The position numbers and the translations under genes were made by a program. Below, in pieces: positions 20,701 through 31,726 of a stretch of DNA of 64,000 nucleotides (its first letter is position 1; the number at the start of each line of letters is the position of its first letter). Below the pieces are notes generated by a model. That model was not told where the DNA came from, made no database searches, and worked only from the letters and a program-made list of their open reading frames with translations. The DNA is from an uncultured Pelagibacteraceae bacterium (lineage in GTDB: Bacteria > Pseudomonadota > Alphaproteobacteria > Pelagibacterales > Pelagibacteraceae). The DNA is taken from assembly GCA_905612415.1 (NCBI GenBank), contig CAJQRW010000003.1, positions 4,845 to 68,844 on the forward strand, written 5' to 3'.

Positions 20701-22041
20701 ATGGCTAAAAAATATTTTGGAACAGACGGTATCAGAGGAACCGTCAATCAAGGCAACATCACTGGAGAAAAATTTTTCAAGTTTGGATTAGCAGCAGCAA
20801 CTTATTTTAAAAATCAAAAGAAAAATAAACAGATAGCAATAATAGCAAAAGATACAAGATTATCTGGGTATACGCTAGAACCAGCTCTTGTGTCAGGTCT
20901 GACTTCCGGAGGCATGCACATATTCACATTGGGTCCACTTCCGACAAATGGACTAGCAATGTTAACTAAATCAATGAAAGCAAATATGGGTATTATGATA
21001 ACTGCATCTCACAATCCTTTTTTTGATAATGGTCTCAAATTGTTTGGACCTGACGGAATGAAGTTATCAGATTCAATAGAAAAAAAGATAGAAAAACTTA
21101 TAGATGCTAAAAGCACAAAACAACTCACAAATCCTAGATTACTGGGTAGAGTTAAAAGATTGGAAGATGGCAATAATAAATACATTAAAATTTTAAAAAA
21201 AAATTTTCCAAATAATTTTAATTTGAGAGGCACAAAAATAGTTTTAGATTGTGGAAATGGAGCAAGTTATATAGCTGCTCCTAAATTACTTAAAACGCTT
21301 GGGGCAAAAGTAATTACAATTGGTGTAGAGCCTAATGGATTTAATATTAATGAAAAGTGTGGATCAACTTTTCCGGAAAGGATTCAGTCAGCAGTTAAAA
21401 AAAATAAAGCACATGTTGGCATTGCATTTGATGGTGACGCTGACAGAATTATTATGTGTGATGAAAATGGTAAAATTATAGATGGTGATCAAATTATTGC
21501 TATGCTAGCACGAAGATGGAAATTAAAAAAAATATTAAAGGGAGGAGTGATTGGAACTTTGATGTCAAATTATGGGTTAGAGAGTTTTTTAAAAAATGAA
21601 AAAATTAAATTTGTTAGATCTAAAGTTGGCGATAGATATGTAAAAGAAAAAATGAAAAAGCTAAATTTTAATTTAGGTGGAGAACAATCTGGACATATAA
21701 TACTTGGAAAGTTTGCTACAACCGGCGACGGACTAATGGTAGCCCTAGAAGTTTTGTTTTCATTAAGAAAAGGAAAAAAAGCTAGTAAAGTATTTAATCT
21801 TTTTACTCCCCTTCCTCAAATATTAGAAAATGTAGATATTGCAAATAAAAACATAATTAACAAAATTCATTGTAAGAGAGCAATTAAGAAAGCTAATAAA
21901 ATTATGAATAATTATGGAAGATTGTTAATAAGAAAATCAGGAACTGAACCTAAAATACGGATCATGGGTGAGTCTGAAGATAAAGATTTAATTTATAAGT
22001 GCATAAATATAATTAAGAGATCTATAAAAAGTGAAAATTAA
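20701..22041 (+). CDS. glmM: Phosphoglucosamine mutase
   Basis: 446 aa with MAKKYFGTDGIRG, the phosphoserine loop TASHNP, and FDGDADR. Confidence 0.95.
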   Translation: MAKKYFGTDGIRGTVNQGNITGEKFFKFGLAAATYFKNQKKNKQIAIIAKDTRLSGYTLEPALVSGLTSGGMHIFTLGPLPTNGLAMLTKSMKANMGIMITASHNPFFDNGLKLFGPDGMKLSDSIEKKIEKLIDAKSTKQLTNPRLLGRVKRLEDGNNKYIKILKKNFPNNFNLRGTKIVLDCGNGASYIAAPKLLKTLGAKVITIGVEPNGFNINEKCGSTFPERIQSAVKKNKAHVGIAFDGDADRIIMCDENGKIIDGDQIIAMLARRWKLKKILKGGVIGTLMSNYGLESFLKNEKIKFVRSKVGDRYVKEKMKKLNFNLGGEQSGHIILGKFATTGDGLMVALEVLFSLRKGKKASKVFNLFTPLPQILENVDIANKNIINKIHCKRAIKKANKIMNNYGRLLIRKSGTEPKIRIMGESEDKDLIYKCINIIKRSIKSEN

Positions 22042-22843
22042 GTCAAAAGTGTTGATTATTGCTGGCTCTGATTCTTCAGGTGGCGCAGGCATTCAAGCAG
22101 ACATTAAAACAGTAACAGCTCTTGGCAGCTACGCAATGACAGCGGTAACTGCTGTGACGTGTCAAAATACTATAGGTGTAAAAGCTATTAATTCTATTCC
22201 TGTGCAGAACCTTCAAAAGCAAATCACAATGGTATTAGATGATATTGGAGCAAATGCAATAAAAATTGGCATGCTTCATAACACTAATGTAATAAAATGT
22301 GTTTATAAAATCTTAAAAAATTACAAAATAAAAAATATAGTCCTTGATCCAGTGATGGTTGCTAAGGGAGGATCTAGGTTAGTTAATGGAAATTCAATTA
22401 AATTTTTAAAAAAATTACTCATACCTCTATGCGATGTTATTACACCAAACATCCCAGAAGCAGAAGTTTTAACAGGATACAAAATTTCAAATGAAAGAGA
22501 TATGATAAAGGCTGCAAAAAAAATAATCAACATGGGAGCAAAAAATGTGTTATTAAAAGGTGGTCATCTTAAAAAAAAAATGATTTTTGATATTTTGGTT
22601 TCTAAAAAAAAAATAAAAGTTTTTCCAAAAAGAAAAATTAAAACTAAACATACTCATGGTACTGGCTGCACATTATCTTCTGCAATAGCTACATGTTTGT
22701 CACAAAAAATAAATATTTATAAGTCATGTAAAATTTCTCTTAAATATGTGGATCAAGCCATATCAACAGCACCAGGATATGGCAAAGGTTTTGGACCTTT
22801 AAATCATTTAGTTTCATTCAATTTAAGGAAAATCAATGCCTAA
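22031..22843 (+). CDS. thiD: Hydroxymethylpyrimidine/phosphomethylpyrimidine kinase
   Basis: 270 aa from a GTG start. The motifs are IAGSDSSGGAGIQADIKT and HGTGCTLSSAIA. Confidence 0.93.
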   Translation: MKIKSKVLIIAGSDSSGGAGIQADIKTVTALGSYAMTAVTAVTCQNTIGVKAINSIPVQNLQKQITMVLDDIGANAIKIGMLHNTNVIKCVYKILKNYKIKNIVLDPVMVAKGGSRLVNGNSIKFLKKLLIPLCDVITPNIPEAEVLTGYKISNERDMIKAAKKIINMGAKNVLLKGGHLKKKMIFDILVSKKKIKVFPKRKIKTKHTHGTGCTLSSAIATCLSQKINIYKSCKISLKYVDQAISTAPGYGKGFGPLNHLVSFNLRKINA

Positions 22844-24131
22844 CGTAACAGTAGTAGGAGCTCAATGGGGAGATGAAGGAAAAGGCAAGATTGTAGACTG
22901 GCTTTCGGAAAAAGCTGATGTAATAGTTAGATTTCAAGGTGGTCACAATGCTGGTCATACACTTGTAGTAAATGGAATTACATATAAATTAAAATTATTA
23001 CCTTCAGGAATCGTAAGGAAAAATAAAATTTCAATTATTGGTAATGGAGTAGTAGTTGATCCTTGGGCTCTTTTAGATGAAATTAAACAAATAGAAAAGC
23101 AAGGGATAAAAATTACTGAAAAAAATTTGTATATAGCTGAAAATGCAACGTTAATTTTACCACTACATAGCGAGCTTGATAGAATTAGAGAAGATGCAAA
23201 AAATACTGACAAAATAGGAACCACACGAAGAGGTATAGGTCCTGCATACGAAGATAAGGTTGGCAGAAGGGGAATCCGATTAATGGATCTTAAAAATAAA
23301 GCAAGTTTATCAAAAAAAATTGACATGATTTTATTCCATCACAATTCTATAAGAAAAGGTTTAAACACAAAACTAGTAAATAAAAAAAAATTAATGAATG
23401 ATTTAAAAAAAATTTCTTTAAAAATATTGAAATATTCTAAACCAACGTGGAAAAAAATAAATGAGTTTAAAAAGAAAAAGAAAACAATTGTGTTTGAAGG
23501 AGCGCAAGGGATGCTTCTTGATATAGATCATGGAACATATCCATTTGTAACATCTTCTAATACAGTAGCTGGAGCAGCCGCTACTGGATCGGGGTGTGGC
23601 CCTGATACCATCAACTATATATTAAGTATAGTCAAAGCTTATACAACACGAGTAGGAGAAGGTCCTTTTCCAACAGAATTAAAAAATGCAATTGGAAATC
23701 AAATTGGAAAAAAAGGAAAAGAATTTGGTACTGTTACTAATAGAAAAAGGAGATGTGGATGGTTTGATGCTGTTCTGGTTAAGCAATCTTGTACGATATC
23801 TGGAACAAAAGGAATTGCTTTAACTAAAATTGATGTTTTAGATGAGCTCAAAGATCTGTATGTTTGTGTTGCTTATAAGCTCAATGGAAAAAAAATTGAT
23901 TACTTTCCAAGTTCTTTAGAAGATCAAACTAGAGCAAAACCTGTTTATAAGAAATTTAATGGTTGGTTAACTAACACAAGTGGAACAAAAAAATGGAAAG
24001 ACCTTCCAAGAAATGCACAAAAATATATTAAATTTATTAAAAGTTATTGTGGCGTGAAAATATCTAGCATTTCAACTAGCCCAAGACGAGAAGATACTAT
24101 CCTTTTAGAAAATCCTTTTAAAAAAAACTAG
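22836..24131 (+). CDS. purA: Adenylosuccinate synthase
   Basis: 431 aa with VVGAQWGDEGKGK, GGHNAGHT and GIGPAYEDK. Confidence 0.96.
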   Translation: MPNVTVVGAQWGDEGKGKIVDWLSEKADVIVRFQGGHNAGHTLVVNGITYKLKLLPSGIVRKNKISIIGNGVVVDPWALLDEIKQIEKQGIKITEKNLYIAENATLILPLHSELDRIREDAKNTDKIGTTRRGIGPAYEDKVGRRGIRLMDLKNKASLSKKIDMILFHHNSIRKGLNTKLVNKKKLMNDLKKISLKILKYSKPTWKKINEFKKKKKTIVFEGAQGMLLDIDHGTYPFVTSSNTVAGAAATGSGCGPDTINYILSIVKAYTTRVGEGPFPTELKNAIGNQIGKKGKEFGTVTNRKRRCGWFDAVLVKQSCTISGTKGIALTKIDVLDELKDLYVCVAYKLNGKKIDYFPSSLEDQTRAKPVYKKFNGWLTNTSGTKKWKDLPRNAQKYIKFIKSYCGVKISSISTSPRREDTILLENPFKKN

Positions 24132-25051
24132 TATTTTTGGAGAAGATTGTTTGATTTAGTTGCATTAAGCATAGTTTTTTGTAATTTTTCAAAAGCTTTT
24201 GTTTCAATTTGTCTAACTCTTTCTCTACTAATATTATATTTTTTACTCAAATCTTCTAAGGTTGCTGCATTATCCGAAAGTTTTCTCGCAGTTAATATTT
24301 CTTTTTCTCTTGTGTTTAAAACGCTTATTGAATTATCCATAAGTTTTTTTCTTTGATTAAATTCTTGTTCATGAGATAATACTAATTCTTGATCAATTTT
24401 TTCATCTACTAACCAGTCCATCCATTCTCCACCATTTTCATCATTTATTGGATCGTTTAAAGATTTTTCTTTTCCTAACATTCTTCTATTCATTGATACT
24501 ACTTCTTCTTTTTTAACACTTAATATTTTTGAAATTTCTTCAATGTGTTCATTTTTTAAATCCCCAGTAGAGTTTGATGATAATTGGTTTTTTATTTTTT
24601 TTAAATTAAAAAAAAGTTTTTTTTGTGCTGTAGTAGTTCCCATTTTTACTAAACTCCACGATCTTAATACATATTCTTGTATAGAAGCTTTTATCCACCA
24701 CATTGCATAAGTTGCTAGACGAAAACCTTTTTCTGGTTCAAATTTTTTTACAGCTTGCATCAACCCAATGCTTCCTTCAGAAATCATTTCATTAACAGGC
24801 AAACCATAACCTCTATATCCCATTGCTATTTTTGCTACTAATCTTAAATGACTAGTAACCAACTTTTGAGCAGCTTTAACGTCTCCTCGTTCTTTCCAAC
24901 TTTTGGCTAGCATATATTCTTCTTCTTTTTCTAAAATAGGAAATTTTTTAATCTGAGTTAGGTAGTTATTTAGACTTCCTTCAGAACTTAAAGTTGGTAA
25001 GTTTGTGTTAGTTGTTTTTGTACTCATGTTTTGTAACTTATGTAGTATCAA
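24128..25051 (-). CDS. rpoH: RNA polymerase sigma-32 heat-shock factor
   Basis: 307 aa with sigma-70 regions 2-4 and the RpoH box QKKLFFNLKK. Confidence 0.93.
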   Translation of the reverse strand: MILHKLQNMSTKTTNTNLPTLSSEGSLNNYLTQIKKFPILEKEEEYMLAKSWKERGDVKAAQKLVTSHLRLVAKIAMGYRGYGLPVNEMISEGSIGLMQAVKKFEPEKGFRLATYAMWWIKASIQEYVLRSWSLVKMGTTTAQKKLFFNLKKIKNQLSSNSTGDLKNEHIEEISKILSVKKEEVVSMNRRMLGKEKSLNDPINDENGGEWMDWLVDEKIDQELVLSHEQEFNQRKKLMDNSISVLNTREKEILTARKLSDNAATLEDLSKKYNISRERVRQIETKAFEKLQKTMLNATKSNNLLQKY

Positions 25052-25072
25052 ATTATGGCAAATACAAGGTAT

Positions 25073-26056
25073 CTAAATACTAGCTTTTTTGAGGCTTTTA
25101 ATCAATAAATCAAAGTCTTGGGGTCTTCTTGCTTCAAAAATAATTTTTTTTCCTGTTGTTGGGTGAAAAAATCCTAAAATTTTTGCATGTAGAGCTTGTC
25201 TTGTAAAATTGCTTAATTTTTTTTCAATACTAGGGTCAATTGTTTTAAATCTCTTTCTTTTTTTACCATACGATTTGTCTCCCAAAATAGAGTTGCCTTT
25301 AAAGTTCATATGTACTCTTATTTGGTGCGTTCTTCCAGTTTCTAATTGACATTCTATATGACTAATTTTCGGTAGGTTTAAATTTTGATAAATTTCTAAG
25401 GTTTTATAATTTGTTATAGAAGTTTTTCCTTTTTCTTTTCTAACAGACATCAACTGCCGATTTTTTATACTTCTTGATATTTTTTCATTTATTTTTCCAC
25501 TTTGTGGTTTTAGAACGCCCCACACCAAAGCTTCATATATTCTTGTAATAGAATGATTGCTAAATTGTTCAGAGAGTTTTGCGTGCGCATTATCATTTTT
25601 TGCCACAACAATTACTCCACTTGTGTCTTTGTCAATTCTATGAACTATTCCTGGTCTAGATCTACCGCCCACGCTTGAGAGATTATTTTTATATTTGTAT
25701 AGAAGACCATTTACTATTGTTTTTTCGTAATTTCCTGCACCAGGGTGGACAACTACTCCAGGAGATTTATTAATTACAATTATGTCTTCATCATCGTATA
25801 ATATATCTAAAGGTATTTTATTTGGTTTAATTAAAGTTTCTTTTGGAGGGGGAAAATTAACTTTTACTTTGTCATCTTCTTTTATTTTTTTTGAAGCATT
25901 TTTTGTTACAATATTATTAATCTTTACTTCACCGTCGTGTATTAATCCTTGAAGTCTAGTTCTACTCAGTTCCACCACTTGTGCTTGTAAGAACTTATCA
26001 ATTCTATACCCATTAAAATTAGTGGGCACAGTTATATTAAATATATTTTTTTTCAT
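25073..26056 (-). CDS. rluD: 23S rRNA pseudouridine synthase, RluD/RluA family
   Basis: It has an S4 domain and the catalytic HRIDKDTSG. I moved the start to the ATG at 26054-26056 because the longest ORF runs into the tRNA-Arg gene. Confidence 0.9.
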   Translation of the reverse strand: MKKNIFNITVPTNFNGYRIDKFLQAQVVELSRTRLQGLIHDGEVKINNIVTKNASKKIKEDDKVKVNFPPPKETLIKPNKIPLDILYDDEDIIVINKSPGVVVHPGAGNYEKTIVNGLLYKYKNNLSSVGGRSRPGIVHRIDKDTSGVIVVAKNDNAHAKLSEQFSNHSITRIYEALVWGVLKPQSGKINEKISRSIKNRQLMSVRKEKGKTSITNYKTLEIYQNLNLPKISHIECQLETGRTHQIRVHMNFKGNSILGDKSYGKKRKRFKTIDPSIEKKLSNFTRQALHAKILGFFHPTTGKKIIFEARRPQDFDLLIKSLKKASI

Positions 26057-26091
26057 TAATTGTATTATATACTCTAAACAATATACGTAAT

Positions 26092-26168
26092 GCGCCGCTA
26101 GCTCAATTGGATAGAGCACCAGATTTCGAATCTGGGGGTTATAGGTTCGACTCCTATGTGGCGCACCA
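26092..26168 (+). tRNA. tRNA-Arg (anticodon UCG), CCA encoded
   Basis: Cloverleaf folded by hand. Acceptor GCGCCGC/GTGGCGC, D arm GCTC-AATTGGATA-GAGC, anticodon arm CCAGA-TTTCGAA-TCTGG, T arm ATAGG-TTCGACT-CCTAT, then ACCA. Confidence 0.9.
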
Positions 26169-26172
26169 GCAA

Positions 26173-26964
26173 TTATTCACCAACATTTATTAGCGTACCT
26201 TTTCTCCTTGCTTCATCAAAAGCGGAATAAAACACAAAAACAGATAATAAAAAATAAATAAGATTTAATATCAATGCTGACATAATATTTGAATAGTTTA
26301 CTATGTTATTTAATAAAATAGATCGAACTTCTTCAAATATATAAACCAACGGTAGTCCCTTAGCTATTATTTGTAACCAGTCTGGCAAAATAGATAATGG
26401 ATAATAAATGCACCCAAGTGGTGCTAGAAGGAAAAGTGAAGACCAAGCAACATTTTCAAAAGCAGGTCCATACCTAAGAAGACCCGAAACCACAAGAAGT
26501 CCTAGCGTCATTCCAAAAGTATACAAGCTTAACAAAAGTAGTATTAAAGCAGGTCCCAAGTTGAATAGCGAAATACCAAAAAAGGGCGAAGCAAGAAGTA
26601 TTGCGGGAATTATTCCAATTAAAGTTCTTATTAATGCTGTAGCTGTGAGAGCAGCTATTATTTCATTAACTTTAAGTGGGGCAATAAATAGGTTGGTAAA
26701 ATTTCTACTCCAAATTTCTTCAAGAAATAACATATTAAAACTTATGCTTGAACGGAACAAAAAATCATAGAGAATCGCAGCACTCAAAATTATACCAGCA
26801 GTATGGTTATAAAAGTCACTATGCAGTGTAAAAAACTTTGAAATAAACCCCCAAAGAATAATTTGTATAGTTGGCCAATAAATTAGATCCAACAATCTAG
26901 GCAAGGAACCTTTGATTAAATAAAAGTGCCTGAGAAATAATGCATAAACTCTATAAAATCTCAT
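26173..26964 (-). CDS. ABC-2 type transporter permease
   Basis: 263 aa with about 6 TM helices. It overlaps the upstream ABC ATPase gene by 14 nt. Confidence 0.85.
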   Translation of the reverse strand: MRFYRVYALFLRHFYLIKGSLPRLLDLIYWPTIQIILWGFISKFFTLHSDFYNHTAGIILSAAILYDFLFRSSISFNMLFLEEIWSRNFTNLFIAPLKVNEIIAALTATALIRTLIGIIPAILLASPFFGISLFNLGPALILLLLSLYTFGMTLGLLVVSGLLRYGPAFENVAWSSLFLLAPLGCIYYPLSILPDWLQIIAKGLPLVYIFEEVRSILLNNIVNYSNIMSALILNLIYFLLSVFVFYSAFDEARRKGTLINVGE

Positions 26965-27691
26965 TTTTTTCCCTTACAATTTTTAAAAAGAATTCTTCTA
27001 GGTTTTTTCTTCCATGCTTACTAATTAAATCAGAGCTTTTACCTTTATCAATTATTTCACCATTCTTCATCATCATTACTTCGTCACACAATCTTTCAAC
27101 TTCAATCATATTATGTGAAGCAATTAAAATAGTTTTTTGTTTTTTAGATGAAAAATTTTCAATAATACCTCTAACATAGTCACCAACATCAGGGTCAAGA
27201 CTAGCTGTTGGTTCATCTAAAAGAAGTATTTCTGGATCATTTATAAGTGCTTTAGCTAAAGAAACCCTATTTTTTTGTCCAGATGATAGTTCACCTGTTT
27301 TTCTTTTTTTAAAATTCATTAAATTTAATGTTTCCATTAATTCTAAAATTTTATGTTTTAAATTTTTAACTCCATACATTCTGCCATAAACTTTAAGATT
27401 TTCTTCAATAGTTAATTTTTTTGGAAGCTCTATATAAGGAGAAATAAAATTCATTTTTTGCAAAAGATTAGTTCTATTACTTTCCATATTTTTTCCATTA
27501 ATTATTACATCACCTGTCGTAGGTTTTATTAAACCTAATAGCATGCCAATGGTTGTCGATTTTCCACATCCATTAGGACCTAGCAGCCCAATTGTTTGAC
27601 CTTTATTAATTTTAAAGTTCATGTTTTTTACAGCTAAAGAATTTTTATATCTTTTATTTAAATTACTTACTTCTATTGTTATTTTTTCCAT
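26951..27691 (-). CDS. ABC transporter ATP-binding protein
   Basis: 246 aa with Walker A GPNGCGKST, signature LSSGQKNRVSLA and Walker B LLLDEPT. Confidence 0.93.
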   Translation of the reverse strand: MEKITIEVSNLNKRYKNSLAVKNMNFKINKGQTIGLLGPNGCGKSTTIGMLLGLIKPTTGDVIINGKNMESNRTNLLQKMNFISPYIELPKKLTIEENLKVYGRMYGVKNLKHKILELMETLNLMNFKKRKTGELSSGQKNRVSLAKALINDPEILLLDEPTASLDPDVGDYVRGIIENFSSKKQKTILIASHNMIEVERLCDEVMMMKNGEIIDKGKSSDLISKHGRKNLEEFFLKIVREKNEIL

Positions 27692-28644
27692 TTATATGAT
27701 GCTTTTTTTAATCTTTCATTAATTGCGTTTCCTATTCCACGATTAGGAATTTTACAAATTGATATTGAGTTAAATCGTTTTTTTTTTATTTTTCTCATAG
27801 TTTTATACAAATTATTAGCAGCTTCATTTAAATTACCATTTAAACTTAGATTGAAGGTATTTTTAGCATTTTTAAACTTTTTACCAAAAGTAATAAATGC
27901 CTCATCAGTATTTGATGTTTTCCTATTCATATAAACAGGTATCCCAGGAGAATAATGTGATTTAAGATGCCCAGGACTAATAATTTTTTTTAATTTATAA
28001 TTAAAATTTATTTTTTTTTTTAATATTTTTTTAATTCTTCCAGTCGTAATTGACCCCTGCCTAAGGATTGTGGGTTCACCTGTTAAGTCAATAATAGTTG
28101 ATTCTAATCCAATTTTACATCTTCCTCCGTCTAATATAAATTTAATTTTTCCACCAAATTCATCAACCACATCTGGGGCGCTTGTTGAACTAAGTTTTGA
28201 GGATATATTTGCACTTGGTGCAGCGAGAGGAACTTTCAAAATTTTAAGTAGCTTTCTTGCGACAGGATGTTTGGGAAACCTTACAGCAATAGTTCCTCCT
28301 TTAGCGCATGCAAACTTTGAAATTTTTGAATTAGGATTTTTTTTTAGTATAAAAGTTATTGGTCCAGGACATAAAATTTTATATAGTTTTATAAATGAAT
28401 CATTAACCACAACATCATTTTTTAAATCATTTAAATTTTCAAAATGAATTATCAAAGGATTAAAAGCTGGCCTTTTTTTTAAGTAAAATATTTTTTTTAC
28501 TGATTTATTAGAATAAGCATTTCCAGCCAGCCCATAAACAGTTTCAGTCGGCAAGCCAATTACATTATTATTTTCTAAGCTTTTTTTTGCTTTTTTTAAG
28601 CTCTTCGAATTTGGCTTATATATATTTAAATAGATATTTTTCAT
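27679..28644 (-). CDS. tsaC: L-threonylcarbamoyladenylate synthase (Sua5/YwlC type, YrdC plus Sua5 domains)
   Basis: 321 aa with VIGLPTETVYGLAGNA and APSANISS, and a C-terminal Sua5-like extension. Confidence 0.9.
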   Translation of the reverse strand: MKNIYLNIYKPNSKSLKKAKKSLENNNVIGLPTETVYGLAGNAYSNKSVKKIFYLKKRPAFNPLIIHFENLNDLKNDVVVNDSFIKLYKILCPGPITFILKKNPNSKISKFACAKGGTIAVRFPKHPVARKLLKILKVPLAAPSANISSKLSSTSAPDVVDEFGGKIKFILDGGRCKIGLESTIIDLTGEPTILRQGSITTGRIKKILKKKINFNYKLKKIISPGHLKSHYSPGIPVYMNRKTSNTDEAFITFGKKFKNAKNTFNLSLNGNLNEAANNLYKTMRKIKKKRFNSISICKIPNRGIGNAINERLKKASYKWKK

Positions 28645-28669
28645 AAATTAATTACTATACGGATATATT

Positions 28670-28912
28670 ATGAAATCAAAAAATATTCCAGACGATATAA
28701 AATCAAAATCAATAAAAGAAGCTCAAAATGAGATTAAAGACATAATATCAAATTTAGAAAATACAGAAACTGATCTGAAACAATCAATTGATCAATATAA
28801 TAGGATGATTCAATTAAATCATTATATACAGGAAAAATTTAAAGAAAAGTTAGGTAAAATTAGAAGTCCGAAATTAGATACAATTAATAAACCTTTAAAA
28901 AAAAATAACTAA
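28670..28912 (+). CDS. xseB: Exodeoxyribonuclease VII small subunit
   Basis: 80 aa, helical, in the classic xseB-ispA-dxs arrangement. Confidence 0.85.
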   Translation: MKSKNIPDDIKSKSIKEAQNEIKDIISNLENTETDLKQSIDQYNRMIQLNHYIQEKFKEKLGKIRSPKLDTINKPLKKNN

Positions 28913-28915
28913 ATT

Positions 28916-29800
28916 ATGGATAATTTTTCTCAAAAACTAAGCATTATTGCGAATGACACAAATGTTTATTTAAAAAAAATTTTTTCTAAACAAAAAAAAT
29001 ATGAGTATTTAATTAAACCCATGAGATATGGTCTTTTTTCAGGTGGAAAAAGATTTAGATCAGCTATTATAATTAATACAGGTAAAATCTACAATATTAA
29101 CTATAAAAAACTCATAATCATTGGTGCTGCAGTCGAGTGTATTCATGCTTACTCATTAATACATGACGATTTACCATCAATGGATAATGACGATTTGAGA
29201 AGAGGAAAATTATCTACACATAAAAAATTTAATGAATTTACAGCAATACTTGCTGGAAATTCTTTGCTTACATTAGCATTTGAAATATTAACAAGTAGTG
29301 ATTTAAAGCTTTCTTCAAGAGTAAAAAATGATTTAGTTAAAACATTAGCAATTTATTCTGGTTTTTCGGGACTTGCAGGTGGACAATATTTTGATCTTAC
29401 TTTAGAAAATAAAAAAAGTACAAAAAAAAAGGTTATAGATATTCAAAATAATAAAACTGGAAAATTGTTCGCATTTTGTTGTGAAAGCGTAGGAATTATT
29501 AAAAACCAAAGCATCAAAAAAAGAAAAAAATTAAAAATTATAGGTTTAGATATAGGATTGTTGTTTCAAGTTGCTGATGACTTAATTGATTTTCAAGGAG
29601 ATAGTAAAATTGTTGGTAAACCTACTAAAAGAGATAAAAATAAAGGAAAACCAAACCTTGTTAATGTTATGGGATATAAAAAAACTTTAAACTTTGCAAG
29701 TATTTTGCAAAATAAAATTAATAAAAAAATTAAAAATTATGGTATTAAATCACAGGATTTATTACAATCAGTAGAATTTATATTAAAAAGAGAGTTTTAA
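28916..29800 (+). CDS. ispA: Farnesyl diphosphate synthase
   Basis: 294 aa with the first Asp-rich motif [17 protein letters not shown] and the second, QVADDLID. Confidence 0.92.
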   Translation: MDNFSQKLSIIANDTNVYLKKIFSKQKKYEYLIKPMRYGLFSGGKRFRSAIIINTGKIYNINYKKLIIIGAAVECIHAYSLIHDDLPSMDNDDLRRGKLSTHKKFNEFTAILAGNSLLTLAFEILTSSDLKLSSRVKNDLVKTLAIYSGFSGLAGGQYFDLTLENKKSTKKKVIDIQNNKTGKLFAFCCESVGIIKNQSIKKRKKLKIIGLDIGLLFQVADDLIDFQGDSKIVGKPTKRDKNKGKPNLVNVMGYKKTLNFASILQNKINKKIKNYGIKSQDLLQSVEFILKREF

Positions 29801-31725
29801 TGAATGAAACAAAATTGCTAGATCAGGTTAAGTACCCTTCTGATTTAAGAAAATTATCAAAAGAAGATTTACCAAAGTTAGCAAAAGAACTTAGAGAAGA
29901 ATTAATAGATGTAGTTTCAACAACTGGTGGACATTTGGGTGCTGGTTTAGGTGTTGTGGAATTAACTATTGCGCTACACTATGTTTTCGATACACCAAAA
30001 GATAAGTTGGTATGGGATGTTGGTCACCAAACTTACCCACATAAAATAATAACTGGTAGAAGAGACAGAATTAGAACCTTAAGAAAAGGTGAGGGTCTAT
30101 CTGGTTTTACTAAGAGGTCTGAAAGTGAGTATGATCCTTTTGGTGCCGCCCATAGTTCAACTTCTATTTCTTCTACGTTGGGGATGGCTGTTGCAAAAAA
30201 TTTATCAAATAATTCTAACCATGTTGTTGCGGTAATTGGAGATGGAGCAATGAGTGCAGGCATGGCCTACGAAGCAATGAATAATGCTGGAGCTATGAAA
30301 TCAAAACTAATAGTAATACTTAATGATAACGACATGTCTATTGCGCCACCAGTAGGAGCAATGAGTTCATATTTAGTTAGATTGCTTTCAGGAAAAACTT
30401 ATTTTAATTTAAGAGAAACTGTAAAAATGGTTACTTCAGCTTTCTCAAAAAGATTTAAAGATAAAGCAGGAAAAGCTGAAGAATTCTTAAGAGATATTGT
30501 TTCTGGAGGAACACTCTTTAACGAATTAGGGTTCTATTATGTTGGACCGATAGATGGACATAATTTAAATACTTTGATTCCAGTTTTAAAAAATATAAAA
30601 AATTCTAAACATAATGGTCCTATTCTAATCCATACTGTAACTAAAAAAGGCAAAGGGTATAAACCAGCTGAGGATTCTAGAGATAAATATCATGGTGTTA
30701 ATAAATTTAATGTTGTTACTGGAGAACAAACTAAATCCAAGACTGATATTCCATCCTACACTAAAGTTTTTGCAAACACTTTAGTTAAACATGCTGAAAA
30801 TGATACTAAAATTGTAGGAATAACTGGTGCTATGCCAGGAGGAACAGGAATGGATATTTTTGGAAAAAAATTTCCTGACAGAATGTTTGACGTAGGAATA
30901 GCAGAACAGCATGCGGTAACATTTGCCGCTGGATTGGCTACAGAATCTTATAAACCTTTTGTTGCAATATATTCCACTTTTCTTCAAAGAGCGTATGACC
31001 AAGTTGTTCATGATGTAGCTATTCAAAATCTTCCTGTGCGTTTTGCAATTGATAGGGCGGGTTTGGTTGGAGCGGACGGACCAACACATGCTGGATCATT
31101 TGATATTACTTATTTATCTACATTACCAAATTTTGTTGTGATGGGCGCTAGCGATGAAGCTGAATTAGTTAAAATGATAAATACATCAGTAAGTATTAAT
31201 GATAGACCGTCAGCATTCAGATATCCAAGAGGAAATGGGTTAGGAGTTAAGCTTCCTGATATAAATGAAATTTTAAAAATTGGAGAAGGTAAAATTGTTA
31301 AAGAGGGAAAAAAAGTTGCAATATTAAGTTTTGGAGGAAGGTTGATGGAAAGCCTTAAAGCTGCAGAGATATTAGAGATTAAAGGAATTTCAACAACTGT
31401 TGCCGACGCCAGGTTTGCAAAACCCCTGGACAAAAAATTAATTATGGATCTTTGTTTAAATCACGAAGTTTTAATTACTATTGAAGAAGGTTCTATCGGT
31501 GGTTTTGGATCCCATGTATTTCAGATGCTTGCTGAAAGAGGGATTTTTGATAAAGGATTAAAAATAAGATCTATGATTTTGCCCGATCAATTTATTAATC
31601 AAGATACTCCAGAAAATATGTATAAAGTTGCTGGTCTTGATGCTAAAGCAATAGAACAAAAAGTTATAGATGCACTAAAATCAAATATTGTGATTCCAAA
31701 AATAAAAAATATAAATAATAAATAA
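29800..31725 (+). CDS. dxs: 1-deoxy-D-xylulose-5-phosphate synthase
   Basis: 641 aa with [27 protein letters not shown] and GADGPTHAG. The start overlaps the ispA stop (TAATG). Confidence 0.96.
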   Translation: MNETKLLDQVKYPSDLRKLSKEDLPKLAKELREELIDVVSTTGGHLGAGLGVVELTIALHYVFDTPKDKLVWDVGHQTYPHKIITGRRDRIRTLRKGEGLSGFTKRSESEYDPFGAAHSSTSISSTLGMAVAKNLSNNSNHVVAVIGDGAMSAGMAYEAMNNAGAMKSKLIVILNDNDMSIAPPVGAMSSYLVRLLSGKTYFNLRETVKMVTSAFSKRFKDKAGKAEEFLRDIVSGGTLFNELGFYYVGPIDGHNLNTLIPVLKNIKNSKHNGPILIHTVTKKGKGYKPAEDSRDKYHGVNKFNVVTGEQTKSKTDIPSYTKVFANTLVKHAENDTKIVGITGAMPGGTGMDIFGKKFPDRMFDVGIAEQHAVTFAAGLATESYKPFVAIYSTFLQRAYDQVVHDVAIQNLPVRFAIDRAGLVGADGPTHAGSFDITYLSTLPNFVVMGASDEAELVKMINTSVSINDRPSAFRYPRGNGLGVKLPDINEILKIGEGKIVKEGKKVAILSFGGRLMESLKAAEILEIKGISTTVADARFAKPLDKKLIMDLCLNHEVLITIEEGSIGGFGSHVFQMLAERGIFDKGLKIRSMILPDQFINQDTPENMYKVAGLDAKAIEQKVIDALKSNIVIPKIKNINNK

Positions 31726-31726
31726 A

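Noticed and set aside
26057-26119. The N-terminal 21 codons of the longest rluD ORF.
   Set aside because: They run into the tRNA-Arg gene (26092-26168). The internal ATG at 26054-26056 gives a normal S4-domain N-terminus.
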